Below, piece after piece: positions 45,222 to 54,991 of a DNA stretch of 64,000 nt. The notes beneath the pieces are model-generated. The model was not told the origin of the DNA, searched no databases, and worked only from the letters and a program-made list of their open reading frames with translations. This DNA is from Nitrospirota bacterium. GTDB taxonomy: Bacteria; Nitrospirota; UBA9217. Made by a program: the position numbers and the translations under genes. The stretch spans positions 288,001 through 352,000 of the forward strand of contig CAWIYV010000007.1 in NCBI GenBank assembly GCA_963840455.1, given 5' to 3'. Position 1 is the first letter of the stretch, and each line of letters begins with the position of its first letter.

Positions 45222-46535
45222 ATGAGATCATTTCACATCATTACCTTCGGCTGCCAGATGAACGAGCACGACTCTGAACGCATGGCAGGGATCCTCGAGG
45301 CGCAGGGGTTCGTTCCCGCTGCTTCAGCCGATGACGCTGAAATGGTTATCCTGAACACGTGCAGCATCAGGGATAAAGCGGAACAGAAGTTCTACAGCGA
45401 ACTGGGAAGGCTTGCACACCTCAAGGGCAGGGGCGGGAAAGAGGTCACGATTGCGGTCGCAGGCTGCATCGCGCAGCAAGAGGGGGAGAAACTGCTCTCC
45501 CGTACGCCGTCGGTGGACATGGTGATCGGGCCTTCGGACATTGCGCGGCTGTCCACCATGATCGAGAAGAACCGGGAATCCGGTAGGCCTGTCGTTGAGA
45601 CGGACGGAGACCCGGAGTACCACCAGAGGCTGGTGCCTGCGTCAAGGTCCGATGGTCTCAAGGCGTGGGTCTCCATCATGTACGGCTGCGACAATTTCTG
45701 CACCTATTGTGTCGTTCCCTATCTTCGGGGCAGGGAGCGGTCCCGTCCTTCCCGCGACATCATTGCTGAGGTGCGGGGCCTTGCGGGGCAGGGCTACCGT
45801 GAGGTCACGCTCCTCGGCCAGAACGTCAACTCCTACGGCAAAGGCCTGGAGGAAGCCTGTACGTTCCCGGAATTGCTCCGCATGATGCAGGATGTTGACG
45901 GCATCGAGCGGATCCGGTTCGTCACCTCCCATCCCCGTGATCTTTCGGACGCGCTCATCGGAGCCATCCGCGACCTTGCGAAGGTGTGCGAGTCGATCCA
46001 CCTGCCTGTGCAGAGCGGCGCCGACCGCGTCCTCGCGTTAATGAACCGTCGTTATACGTCGGCAGTGTACCTCGATACGGTAAGGAAGCTGCGGAGCGCT
46101 GTACCGGACATGGCGATAACCACGGACATCATTGTCGGCTTCCCGGGTGAGACCGCTGACGACTTCGCCTGCACGATGCAGCTCCTGCAGGAAGTCGAAT
46201 ATGACAATATCTTTGCGTTCAAGTATTCCCAGAGGCCCCATACGAAGGCCCTTGGCCTTCCGGGGCAGCTTATGGAGGAGGTGAAGGATAAACGTCTGGC
46301 GCAGGTATTGGATCTCCAGAAGGGGATATCGCTCCGGAAGAACGAACAGCACATTGGAAGCGTGCAGGAGGTACTTGTCGAGGGAGCGAGCAAGAAGGGA
46401 GGCATGCTCACCGGCAGGACGCGCGGAAACAAGGCGGTGAACTTTTTTGGCCCGGCATACCTGCGCGGATCGTTCGTCGACCTGAGGATCACCACGGCAG
46501 GGCCCAACTCACTTTCCGGAGAACTATGCGAGTAG
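45222..46535 (+). CDS. miaB: tRNA-2-methylthio-N6-dimethylallyladenosine synthase
   Basis: TFGCQMN, NTCSIR, GCDNFCTYC, TRAM domain. Confidence 0.96.
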   Translation: MRSFHIITFGCQMNEHDSERMAGILEAQGFVPAASADDAEMVILNTCSIRDKAEQKFYSELGRLAHLKGRGGKEVTIAVAGCIAQQEGEKLLSRTPSVDMVIGPSDIARLSTMIEKNRESGRPVVETDGDPEYHQRLVPASRSDGLKAWVSIMYGCDNFCTYCVVPYLRGRERSRPSRDIIAEVRGLAGQGYREVTLLGQNVNSYGKGLEEACTFPELLRMMQDVDGIERIRFVTSHPRDLSDALIGAIRDLAKVCESIHLPVQSGADRVLALMNRRYTSAVYLDTVRKLRSAVPDMAITTDIIVGFPGETADDFACTMQLLQEVEYDNIFAFKYSQRPHTKALGLPGQLMEEVKDKRLAQVLDLQKGISLRKNEQHIGSVQEVLVEGASKKGGMLTGRTRGNKAVNFFGPAYLRGSFVDLRITTAGPNSLSGELCE

Positions 46536-47797
46536 CATTCACCACCCTGGGCTGCAAGATCAACCAGTACGAGACCGACGCCATGCGGCAGGCAGCTGCA
46601 GCCGAAGGAAACTCCATCGTCCCCTTTGATGCCGAGGCCGACGTGTACGTGATCAACACCTGTTCGGTAACAGCGAAAAGCGATTATCAATGCCGGCAGG
46701 CGATACGGGCCGCAATACGCCGCGGGGAGGGGGCCAGGGTCATCGTGACGGGATGCTACGCGGAAACACGGCCCCAGGAGATCAGGGACATCCCCGGCGT
46801 TGCAATGGTACTTGGGAATGGAGAGAAAACGAGCATCACCCGATACTTGTCAGCATCAGCAGGCGTTAGTCATGTGCTCGCCTCGGATCACCATGAGGCG
46901 GTGAAGGGGAGGACGCGAGGATTTCTCAAGATCCAGGATGGCTGCGACAGCCGCTGCACGTACTGCATCGTCCCCCTGGCGAGGGGAGCATCGCGGAGCG
47001 TTCCCCGTGGAGAGATCATAAGAATGTTCGATCAGGCTATCGACGCGGCCTGTCCCGAGGTGGTATTGAGCGGCATCCACATCGGGCGATACGGCCAGGA
47101 TCTTGTGCCGCGGGAGTCCCTGACCGTCCTCGTCCGGGACCTGCTTGCCAGAAAAAAACAAGCCCGCATCCGGCTGAGCTCGATAGAACCCAACGAGGTT
47201 ACCGATGATCTGATCAGCATGTTCGGCCACGGGCTGTGCAGGCACCTTCATATACCGCTTCAAAGCGGCGATGATGCAATTTTACGTTCCATGAACCGCA
47301 CCTATGGGTCCGTCCTCTATCGAGAACTGGTAGAGACCGTCGCCATGAAGGTACCCGATATTGCCATTGGCGCTGATGTGATGGTAGGGTTTCCGGGTGA
47401 GGGGGAAAAACAGTTTCAGAACACCTATGATCTTGTGGAAGACCTGCCTCTCACCCATCTTCACGTGTTCAGTTTTTCACCAAGGCCGGGAACGCCGGCC
47501 GCCGCTATGAAAGGACAGGTGCCGGAGAGGACCAAAAAGGAACGAAACGAGACGCTTAGGGCCCTTGCATTCAAGAAAAATCTTGCTTTCCGGGAAGGGC
47601 TTAAAGGGAAGACGCTCGGGATAATATTGGAAGAGGGCCAGATGACCGGGACGGGAATGAGCTCCGGATTGACCGACAATTATGTCCGTGTTCATGTTTC
47701 TGGGGTACAAAAAGCTAATATTGGCAGAGAAATCAACATCTGCATCAAGGATATCCATGAAACTGGTGTAAGCGGGGGTATAGACGTAACTGATTGA
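46526..47797 (+). CDS. mtaB: tRNA t6A methylthiotransferase
   Basis: TLGCKINQYE, NTCSVT, QDGCDSRCTYC, LSSIEP, LHVFSFSPRPGT. Confidence 0.94.
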   Translation: MRVAFTTLGCKINQYETDAMRQAAAAEGNSIVPFDAEADVYVINTCSVTAKSDYQCRQAIRAAIRRGEGARVIVTGCYAETRPQEIRDIPGVAMVLGNGEKTSITRYLSASAGVSHVLASDHHEAVKGRTRGFLKIQDGCDSRCTYCIVPLARGASRSVPRGEIIRMFDQAIDAACPEVVLSGIHIGRYGQDLVPRESLTVLVRDLLARKKQARIRLSSIEPNEVTDDLISMFGHGLCRHLHIPLQSGDDAILRSMNRTYGSVLYRELVETVAMKVPDIAIGADVMVGFPGEGEKQFQNTYDLVEDLPLTHLHVFSFSPRPGTPAAAMKGQVPERTKKERNETLRALAFKKNLAFREGLKGKTLGIILEEGQMTGTGMSSGLTDNYVRVHVSGVQKANIGREINICIKDIHETGVSGGIDVTD

Positions 47798-47825
47798 AAT
47801 ATAAATAATCTTTATGGTCAATTAT

Positions 47826-47925
47826 TGTGCATATTGCATATTATACATTATTAAAGCATCAGGAAAAAACGTTTTCACAGGGTTAATAACAGGTTGTTCA
47901 CAGATACTGTGAAAAGGATGGATAA
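47826..47925. promoter_or_regulatory. Cluster of DnaA-box-like 9-mers beside an AT-rich tract
   Basis: TGTGCATAT, GTTTTCACA, TTAATAACA, TTGTTCACA, TGTGAAAAG, GATGGATAA; each 1-2 mismatches from TTWTNCACA or its complement. Confidence 0.4.
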
Positions 47926-48072
47926 CCTTCGGCTTTGTATGTTCTTTTGCTGGTGATGAATTGGATGATGATACGAAACAGTGTTCTCAATGACAAAAAA
48001 GCATGCAGTGATGCGCACACTACTGGATTTGCCTAATCTTATTGTTGAGGTTTGGTAACGCATAGTGATGGA

Positions 48073-49140
48073 TCACTTCTCTACCGCTAAAATATTGTAA
48101 CACGTGTCCCGCTGTGCCGGCGTATAGCCGGCGTCCTTGATAATGCTCACGATCTCTTGCCGCGACATTCTGAAGGCAACCCCTGCAGCAGCAACGACAT
48201 TTTCCTCGATCATCGTACTTCCAAAATCATTGGCTCCGAACTCAAGGGCGACCTGTGCGATCTTGGCCCCCTGGGTCACCCACGAAGCCTGGATGTTCAA
48301 GAAATTGTCGAGCATGATCCTCGACAGAGAGAGGACCTTCAAGTATTCTACCGCTGTTGCCGGACGACCCCCCAGTTCCGTGTTTCCGGGCTGATAGGTC
48401 CATGGAATGAAAGCCGTGAATCCCCGGGTCTCGTCCTGGAGGTCCCTGAGCCGCACCATATGCCGGACGATCTCTTCCTGGGTCTCGAGACTGCCGAACA
48501 TCATGGTCGCCGTGGTAGGCATGCCGAGCCGTTGAGCTTCCTTCATGACCTCCATCCACTCCCGCCAGCGGATCTTGTTGGGGCTGACCTTCTCACGGAC
48601 GCGGTCCACGAGGATCTCGGCCCCTCCGCCCGGGATAGAGTCCAGGCCCGCGGCCTTCAGCCGCTTCAGGGCAGCCGTGATGCTGATCTTCGCCTTCTTT
48701 GCGACATAGGATATCTCAGAGGGCGAAAGTGAATGGATCTGGATGGTGAAACGGGATTTAATGGACGAGAAAAGGTCCTCGAAGTATTCGATGCCGAGGT
48801 CGGGATGCACGCCACCCTGCATGAGGATTTGGGTACCGCCCAGGTCGATGGTCTCCTCGATCTTCTTGAAGATCTCGTCCCGCGTAAGGACATACGCTTC
48901 GGGACTGCCCGCTTCCCGGTAGAACGCGCAGAACTTGCACTTGTTCACACAGATGTTCGTGTAGTTGATGTTCCGGTCGACGATGAAGGTCACTATCCGT
49001 TCCGGATGGAGCCGCTTTCGCACACTTCCGGCGAGTTCGCCCAGCGCCAGGAGGTCGGCCTGCCGGAGGAGGGCAAGGCCTTCATCGGCGTCGAGCCGTT
49101 CGTTCCCGGCGACCTTTCTCGCTATGTTCTCTATTCCCAT
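48073..49140 (-). CDS. mqnC: Cyclic dehypoxanthine futalosine synthase
   Basis: RNINYTNICVNKCKFC, QASWVTQG, GANDFGSTMIEENVV. Confidence 0.93.
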   Translation of the reverse strand: MGIENIARKVAGNERLDADEGLALLRQADLLALGELAGSVRKRLHPERIVTFIVDRNINYTNICVNKCKFCAFYREAGSPEAYVLTRDEIFKKIEETIDLGGTQILMQGGVHPDLGIEYFEDLFSSIKSRFTIQIHSLSPSEISYVAKKAKISITAALKRLKAAGLDSIPGGGAEILVDRVREKVSPNKIRWREWMEVMKEAQRLGMPTTATMMFGSLETQEEIVRHMVRLRDLQDETRGFTAFIPWTYQPGNTELGGRPATAVEYLKVLSLSRIMLDNFLNIQASWVTQGAKIAQVALEFGANDFGSTMIEENVVAAAGVAFRMSRQEIVSIIKDAGYTPAQRDTCYNILAVEK

Positions 49141-50204
49141 ATCCGGACCGTATTATAGACCGTGTCCCGCTCCACCGGCTTCTTACCGGCCTGCCTGATG
49201 AGGTCTACCAGCTCATCACGGGTCATGCTCCCGTCCGTGGTCCCGCCCGCCATCCTGGTGATGCGCTCCTCCACGACCGTGCCGTCGATATCGTCAACGC
49301 CGAAGCTGAGCGAGACTTGAGTGATCTTCTCTCCCAGCATGACCCAGTAGGCCTTGATGTGATCGAAGTTGTCGAGCAGAAGCCGCGAGATAGCAAGGGT
49401 CTTGAGATCGTCAAAACCGGTGGTATAGGACGATTTCTTGATCTCCGTATTCTGGGAATGGAAGCTCAGGGGGATGAAGGCCTGGAACCCGCCTGTCCGG
49501 TCCTGAAGTTCCCGCAGCCGGATAAGGTGATCGACGCGGTCCTCGACGGTCTCGATGTGGCCATAGAGCATCGTGGCATTGGACTTGAGGCCGATCCCAT
49601 GGGCGATCTCCATAATTTCAAGCCATCGGTCGCCGCTGATCTTTTCAGCGCAGAGCGAAGTGCGAACGGCCGGGTTGAAGATCTCGGCGCCGCCTCCGGG
49701 CAGGGACCCGAGGCCTTCTTCGCGGAGAGCAAGCAGGGTGTCCTTAAGACCGAGGCCTGAGAGCTTCGCAAGATAGTCGATCTCCACTGCGGTGAAGGCC
49801 TTGATGTGGATGTGAGGGGATTCCTTTTTGAGCGCGCGGAGCATGTCGAGATACCAGGAAAAGGGGAGGTCAGGATGGAGACCGGACACGATATGGAACT
49901 CCCGGACCCCGGGACCGGCGTTCCGGGCCTTGTTCACGATGTCCTCTATCGACATTTCGTACGCGCCTGCCTCTCCCTTGCTCCTGCTGAACGCGCAGAA
50001 CTTGCACCGGTTCACGCAGAGATTCGTGGGATTAATGTGCATGTTCTGAACGAAGTAGACCCGGTCGGCGTTCTTTCGCGAGGCTGCGTGGGAGGCCAAT
50101 CTGCCGAGGAAGAGGAGGTCATGGGATGTGAAGAGGGCGATGCCATCTTCCCTCGAAAGACGTTGATTCGATAATACTTTTTCTCTGATCTGATCTTGAT
50201 CCAT
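49131..50204 (-). CDS. mqnE: Aminofutalosine synthase
   Basis: HINPTNLCVNRCKFC, HIKAFTAVE, NATMLYGH, HIKAYW. Confidence 0.93.
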   Translation of the reverse strand: MDQDQIREKVLSNQRLSREDGIALFTSHDLLFLGRLASHAASRKNADRVYFVQNMHINPTNLCVNRCKFCAFSRSKGEAGAYEMSIEDIVNKARNAGPGVREFHIVSGLHPDLPFSWYLDMLRALKKESPHIHIKAFTAVEIDYLAKLSGLGLKDTLLALREEGLGSLPGGGAEIFNPAVRTSLCAEKISGDRWLEIMEIAHGIGLKSNATMLYGHIETVEDRVDHLIRLRELQDRTGGFQAFIPLSFHSQNTEIKKSSYTTGFDDLKTLAISRLLLDNFDHIKAYWVMLGEKITQVSLSFGVDDIDGTVVEERITRMAGGTTDGSMTRDELVDLIRQAGKKPVERDTVYNTVRIWE

Positions 50205-50254
50205 GATTAAGTTATGTGAGAACGCGCCGCAATGAGGTAAGACGGGCGAGGAGT

Positions 50255-51493
50255 CTACGTTTGCTCAGATTTTTCCGGTAGATAAATGATTTTCCCGTTC
50301 ACCATACTCATAATACAGGATTTCGTTTCCCTGAGCAAGTCGGAATAGAGGTCTCCCGTATTCTTGCGGGGCAGGGGAACGGCGATGATGTCCGCTTTTT
50401 TCCCCGGCTCAAGACTGCCGATCTCGTCTTCTATACCGAGGGCCTTGGCCCCACCGAGAGTCGCAACGCGGAAGATATCTTCCCGTGTTATTCCACTGCG
50501 CCGATGAATCTGGTAGGCGAAGCGCATTTCATCCCAGAGGTTAAGGCTCGGCGCGCTGGCGAGGCTGTCCGTGCCGATGCCGACGGGGATGCGGGCATCG
50601 AGGAATATTTTCAGGGGCATTTTGCCGACTTTGAGCTCACGGTTACTCCGCGGACAATGGGCAATAGCGGCCCCTGAGCGCTTGATGATGGCGATATCGG
50701 CGTCATCGGCATGGACCGCATGGACAGCGAGGAACCGTTTGCCGAGTATCTTCAGACCGTATAGGTAGCGGAACGCAGAGTCGGCTGCGGGGGCCCATGC
50801 GCGCTGCCAGCCTGCAGCGCGGTACAAGATGTCAAGGCTGCCGGGCTTCCCGCGGAGCAGCATTCGTTCATCGGTTGTCTCAGCAATATGCATACAGAGA
50901 GGGAGATCGTTCCGACGTGCTCTGTCCCGCACATAGGTGAGGACCGCCTCGGACACCGTATGAGGCGTGTGGGGAGAAAGACCGAAGTGAACGAGGCCCG
51001 AACGCCAGGCGGGAAAGGCGGGGAGCACCTTTTTCCAGCCGGTCGGCTGCATCGCGATGACCTCAAAGTAGACCACAGTACGCATGCCGCTCTTCCGCAG
51101 GATATCCGGACTGATGCCGTGAGTGCATATCTCCGTCACAGTGGTCGTGCCGCTCCTCATGAGCGTTTCGATGTTCTCCGTGACCGCATACCGGAGATCT
51201 TCCCGGGACAGTCGCGACTTGGCGCGAAGCAGGCGCAGGACCCACTCGGCGTAGTTCTCTGTTCGAGACGGCCGGATCATCGGCGGCAATTCAAGATGTG
51301 TATGGGCATTAATCAGACCGGGTATTAGGGCGGCGTTCGGAAAGGAGTAAATGTGGTGGTGCGGATACTTTCTGATAACCATATCCCGCGGGCCGACAGC
51401 GAGAATCGTTCCTCGTTCTATTGCGATAGCGCCGTTCCTGGCCGGCTCGCTTTCGCTCCGTAAGGTGAGCATCAGAGGGGACGTGATGATCAT
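50255..51493 (-). CDS. Amidohydrolase, probable aminodeoxyfutalosine deaminase
   Basis: NAHTHLE, SPH, HIAE, HCPRSN, GTDSLAS; upstream of mqnE/mqnC. Confidence 0.8.
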   Translation of the reverse strand: MIITSPLMLTLRSESEPARNGAIAIERGTILAVGPRDMVIRKYPHHHIYSFPNAALIPGLINAHTHLELPPMIRPSRTENYAEWVLRLLRAKSRLSREDLRYAVTENIETLMRSGTTTVTEICTHGISPDILRKSGMRTVVYFEVIAMQPTGWKKVLPAFPAWRSGLVHFGLSPHTPHTVSEAVLTYVRDRARRNDLPLCMHIAETTDERMLLRGKPGSLDILYRAAGWQRAWAPAADSAFRYLYGLKILGKRFLAVHAVHADDADIAIIKRSGAAIAHCPRSNRELKVGKMPLKIFLDARIPVGIGTDSLASAPSLNLWDEMRFAYQIHRRSGITREDIFRVATLGGAKALGIEDEIGSLEPGKKADIIAVPLPRKNTGDLYSDLLRETKSCIMSMVNGKIIYLPEKSEQT

Positions 51494-51498
51494 GTCCG

Positions 51499-51527
51499 AT
51501 GCTACCAGCCGTGCATGAGCAAGTCAA
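51499..51527 (-). promoter_or_regulatory. Sigma70 promoter, likely leaderless mqn operon transcript
   Basis: Minus strand TTGACT-N17-TAGCAT-N5-ATG with extended TG. Confidence 0.6.
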
Positions 51528-51570
51528 TCTGAAAAATGAGATTTCTACGGTACCCCTTCAGGAAAAGCGC

Positions 51571-51599
51571 TTGCCATGCCATAGGTTATTGTATAGAAT
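51571..51599 (+). promoter_or_regulatory. Sigma70 promoter of the TMTC-like gene
   Basis: TTGCCA-N17-TAGAAT. Confidence 0.6.
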
Positions 51600-51816
51600 G
51601 CTCGTCACAAGCGACCTGAGGAATGGGTATGTCTGCGTTATCCTGAAGGATCTGAAATGATCAAGTCGATCACGTGGCCTGATCATCAGGGGACGGGAGC
51701 ACATCGGAGATGGTAATCTCCGGCGAGCAGTTCACGAGGTGTAGCGGCACTATACGGGCAGGCGCAACCGCGGAAACAAGGATCGCGTATTCCGGCATCT
51801 GCAATATCAGACCCAG

Positions 51817-54000
51817 ATGGTGAATCCTATGATGATGAATCCATCCACGCTGAACAGCGACAGACCATCTCTTTTTTCAGACGCGCGCGTGCACGCGGCG
51901 ATCCTGGTCCTTGCCGTCGGTATCGTGTATTCCAATACGTTGGGGAATGGTTTCGTATGGGACGATACGATCCTGTTCATCGGCAAGGAGTTCTATGCAT
52001 CATTCGGCGTGCTGAAGGTTCTGTCCACGGGCTGGCACCGGGTAGAGTATTTGCCCGTCCGTGATATGACCTACATCGCCGATCACGCTCTCTGGGGCTG
52101 GAGCCCATTCGGATTTCACCTGACCAATGTGGTCTTCTTCGCTTTAACGGTCGTGGTCGTTTATGCTCTTTCCGTTGAGATCATTTCATTGCTCCAGCGG
52201 TATGCATCTTCGGCATACTCTGAGGATATCGCAAAACCCGCTGCGCTGTTCATCGCCACGCTCTTCGCCGTGCACCCGTTGCAGAGCCAGCCGGTGAGCT
52301 TTGTCACCTGCCGGAATGTGCTCGTGTCGGGACTTTTCTTCTTCCTTTCCCTGGTCCTGTTCCTCCGGCACCTTGACCTTCAGGGTCAGCGGGCTGGTCG
52401 ATTATCCTACCTTTTGTCCCTCCTGTGCTTCTCCCTGGCGGTGCTCTCGAAGGCAACTGTCATCATCCTGCCGATGATCCTGATCGTCATCGTCCTTGTC
52501 AACGCGAAGCAGAAGAAGATCCCTGCGCTCGTCTTGGTCCTCCCATTTGCTGTTCTTTCAGTGGTCTTCTATGTATTACATAAACAGGTCGCGGTTCAGG
52601 CAAAGCTGATCAGAGAAGACCTGTTCGAGTTTGGCATCCACAATACTGCGATGACGGTGGCGAAAGCTGTCCAAATTCCGTTCTTCTATCTGTACAAGGC
52701 TGTGTTCCCTAAGGACCTTATTGCCGAGTACGACATCACCTTCATCAGGTCGTTGTTCCATCCTGTTGTTCTCATCGCATTGGCCGCGCTCTTCTGCGGT
52801 GCCTGGTTAGCATGGAAGTATCGGCGGTCCCAGCCTGCTGTGCTCTTCGGATTCCTGTGGTTCATTGTGACATTGATTCCCGTAATGAATTTCTATCCAA
52901 CGAGGCCTGTTGTCGCAGACCGATACGCTTTTCTTCCGTTGTATGGTATCTTCCTTCCTTTGGGACTCTATACGGCAATGCTTCTGCGGTCTCGAATGCG
53001 TCATGCAGTGATCGTCGTTGCATGTGCTCTGGTTATTCTCCTCGCGTACCTTGCCCATGGACAGAACAGGATATGGGAATCCGATATAACGCTCTGGACA
53101 GATGCCGCGTCCAAGGCCCCGCAGTCGTTCAAGCCATACGCGAACCTTGGGTATGCTTATCGCAAGGCGGGCGATCGAGCGAAGTCCGATGAAATGTTCC
53201 GTATGGCCGGAGAGATGGAACCGTCATTTGCGGATCACGAGTATCTGCGCGGCATCGAAGCCTACCGGGCAAAGGACTATCCCGCGGCCATTCGGTGGTT
53301 TGAGAACGCGCTCATGCGAAAGCCCGGTCTCATCAGAGCATTGTTCTATACAGGACTTGCCTATGATCGTTCGGGAGATCACGAACAGGCCATGAAATAT
53401 CTTCTCGATATCCGCGAGTCTCCTGAATATGATATTGATAACTACAGGGCGGGTGCTGTTCACTATATCAATAACTATCTCATGCCCCGATTTGCACCAA
53501 TGCTGGATGATCTGAAGCGAGCTGCCGAAGTGGCTCCAGAAGATCACCTCCGATGGGTCCGATTGGCTGACGCCATGATCTCCTCTGGCCAGGACGATGA
53601 AGCTGCCAAAATATACCGGAAGCTTGTAGAGCAGGGGAAAGCGGATTGGTCCGTTCATTATCATTTGGGCGAGATATCCCGTCGGGCAGGGGATCAGGCT
53701 ATCGCCATCACTCAGTATACGAAAAGCCTGGAAATGCGGAAACCGAACTGCGAAGTCTCCTGCCGTCTGGGAACGCTCTTTATGAAACGTCGGGAGCACG
53801 ATGCTGCTGAGCGGATTCTGAAAAGCGTACTTAGGGATGATCCGTCATGCGCTGATGCAAGGTTCCATCTTGCTGTTTCCTATTTTCAACGGGGCAATGC
53901 TGATCAAGCACGTATCGAGTTCACTGGCCTGGAAAGAAGTTACCCAGGCAACTATCCGGTTAAGCCTTATATAAGCAGAATACCTGCACCTGTATATTGA
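51817..54000 (+). CDS. TMTC-like GT-C membrane glycosyltransferase with TPRs
   Basis: FVWDD loop, FHLTN, FAVHP, SK, ADRY; many TM helices then TPR repeats. Confidence 0.82.
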   Translation: MVNPMMMNPSTLNSDRPSLFSDARVHAAILVLAVGIVYSNTLGNGFVWDDTILFIGKEFYASFGVLKVLSTGWHRVEYLPVRDMTYIADHALWGWSPFGFHLTNVVFFALTVVVVYALSVEIISLLQRYASSAYSEDIAKPAALFIATLFAVHPLQSQPVSFVTCRNVLVSGLFFFLSLVLFLRHLDLQGQRAGRLSYLLSLLCFSLAVLSKATVIILPMILIVIVLVNAKQKKIPALVLVLPFAVLSVVFYVLHKQVAVQAKLIREDLFEFGIHNTAMTVAKAVQIPFFYLYKAVFPKDLIAEYDITFIRSLFHPVVLIALAALFCGAWLAWKYRRSQPAVLFGFLWFIVTLIPVMNFYPTRPVVADRYAFLPLYGIFLPLGLYTAMLLRSRMRHAVIVVACALVILLAYLAHGQNRIWESDITLWTDAASKAPQSFKPYANLGYAYRKAGDRAKSDEMFRMAGEMEPSFADHEYLRGIEAYRAKDYPAAIRWFENALMRKPGLIRALFYTGLAYDRSGDHEQAMKYLLDIRESPEYDIDNYRAGAVHYINNYLMPRFAPMLDDLKRAAEVAPEDHLRWVRLADAMISSGQDDEAAKIYRKLVEQGKADWSVHYHLGEISRRAGDQAIAITQYTKSLEMRKPNCEVSCRLGTLFMKRREHDAAERILKSVLRDDPSCADARFHLAVSYFQRGNADQARIEFTGLERSYPGNYPVKPYISRIPAPVY

Positions 54001-54007
54001 TTCGTGG

Positions 54008-54022
54008 TGACAAATTATGTCA
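54008..54022. promoter_or_regulatory. Putative enhancer-binding-protein (PilR-like) site
   Basis: Dyad TGACA-N5-TGTCA ~75 bp upstream of a sigma54 motif. Confidence 0.5.
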
Positions 54023-54094
54023 TATGGAATGCCGTCATATGTAAATATAAACGCTTGTCATAGTTTAACTTATTGTTATATAAAGAGAATATAT

Positions 54095-54110
54095 TGGCAT
54101 ATAATCTGCA
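54095..54110 (+). promoter_or_regulatory. Sigma54 promoter of pilA
   Basis: TGGCATATAATCTGCA with GG-N10-GC spacing. Confidence 0.75.
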
Positions 54111-54237
54111 TTAAGAACGGTGAAGCAACAAAGAGCTTGAGGTCTCAAAGGAGGTGAGTACACCCATACGGCCTTAAGCACAAAAATAGATAAGTATCAT
54201 GGTGTAAATTCACTAAATCGTTATGGGAGGTAAGACT

Positions 54238-54441
54238 ATGTTGAAGAATAAGAAAGGTTTTACGCTTATCGAACTCCTCATCGTGGTGGCCATCATCGCC
54301 ATCCTTGCGGCAGTCGCCATTCCGCAGTTCGCGTCATATCGTGTGAAGGCATACAACGCAGCTGCCCAAAGCGATCTCAGAAATTTCAAGACTCAGATGG
54401 AATCTGCAATGGTGGACAATCAGCAATATCCCACATTCTAA
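54238..54441 (+). CDS. pilA: Short type IVa major pilin, Geobacter PilA-N type
   Basis: KKG|FTLIELLIVVAII prepilin site; 60-aa mature chain with IPQFASYRVKAYN..SDLRN..YP; GGGAGG SD. Confidence 0.95.
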   Translation: MLKNKKGFTLIELLIVVAIIAILAAVAIPQFASYRVKAYNAAAQSDLRNFKTQMESAMVDNQQYPTF

Positions 54442-54478
54442 CAATGGCTGTTACTTTCTGAAAAAGGAGATTACAATT

Positions 54479-54814
54479 ATGAAGAAAATACTGCTAGTAT
54501 CCATGGCAATGATTCTGACGCTGGCCGTTGCTGCGCCTGCCTTTGCTGTGTCAACATTTTGCGCTACTGGCTGCACTTACCAAAAGTCGGACATGGGCGG
54601 AGGATCCTATTCGCCTTCAACGAATGTTCAGTTAAAAGTATTTGCCACGGCAACTTCGTACTGCGCGGGCTCAGTTCACAAGAGTTCAACGGTCAACAAC
54701 AAGGGCAAGGAATTCGCTACATTAAGCACTGACAGCACTTTGAGAGAGCGACCTGTAACTGTTGATACAGGAATACCGCAGGGTTGTACCAATGAAACTA
54801 CTCCCGCGTTTTAG
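54479..54814 (+). CDS. PilA-C-like secreted pilin globular subunit
   Basis: Sec signal ending AFA; MGGGSYSPSTNV resembles recalled Geobacter PilA-C MGGKDFTFKPSTNV; directly after the short pilin. Confidence 0.75.
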   Translation: MKKILLVSMAMILTLAVAAPAFAVSTFCATGCTYQKSDMGGGSYSPSTNVQLKVFATATSYCAGSVHKSSTVNNKGKEFATLSTDSTLRERPVTVDTGIPQGCTNETTPAF

Positions 54815-54991
54815 CACAAAGGAGTCTTTGAAAATATTGCTAACATGATCAAAAGCGAAGCGTGTTTTTGTCGAGCACTATAAGCTCTGCAAATTCATTA
54901 CATAAAGGTTCTCGCTGATGCATATACCGAGGGTTGATGCTGTTTATCAACCCTCGCTCTTTTATTACGGACGTTAGGGAAGGTATAAACA

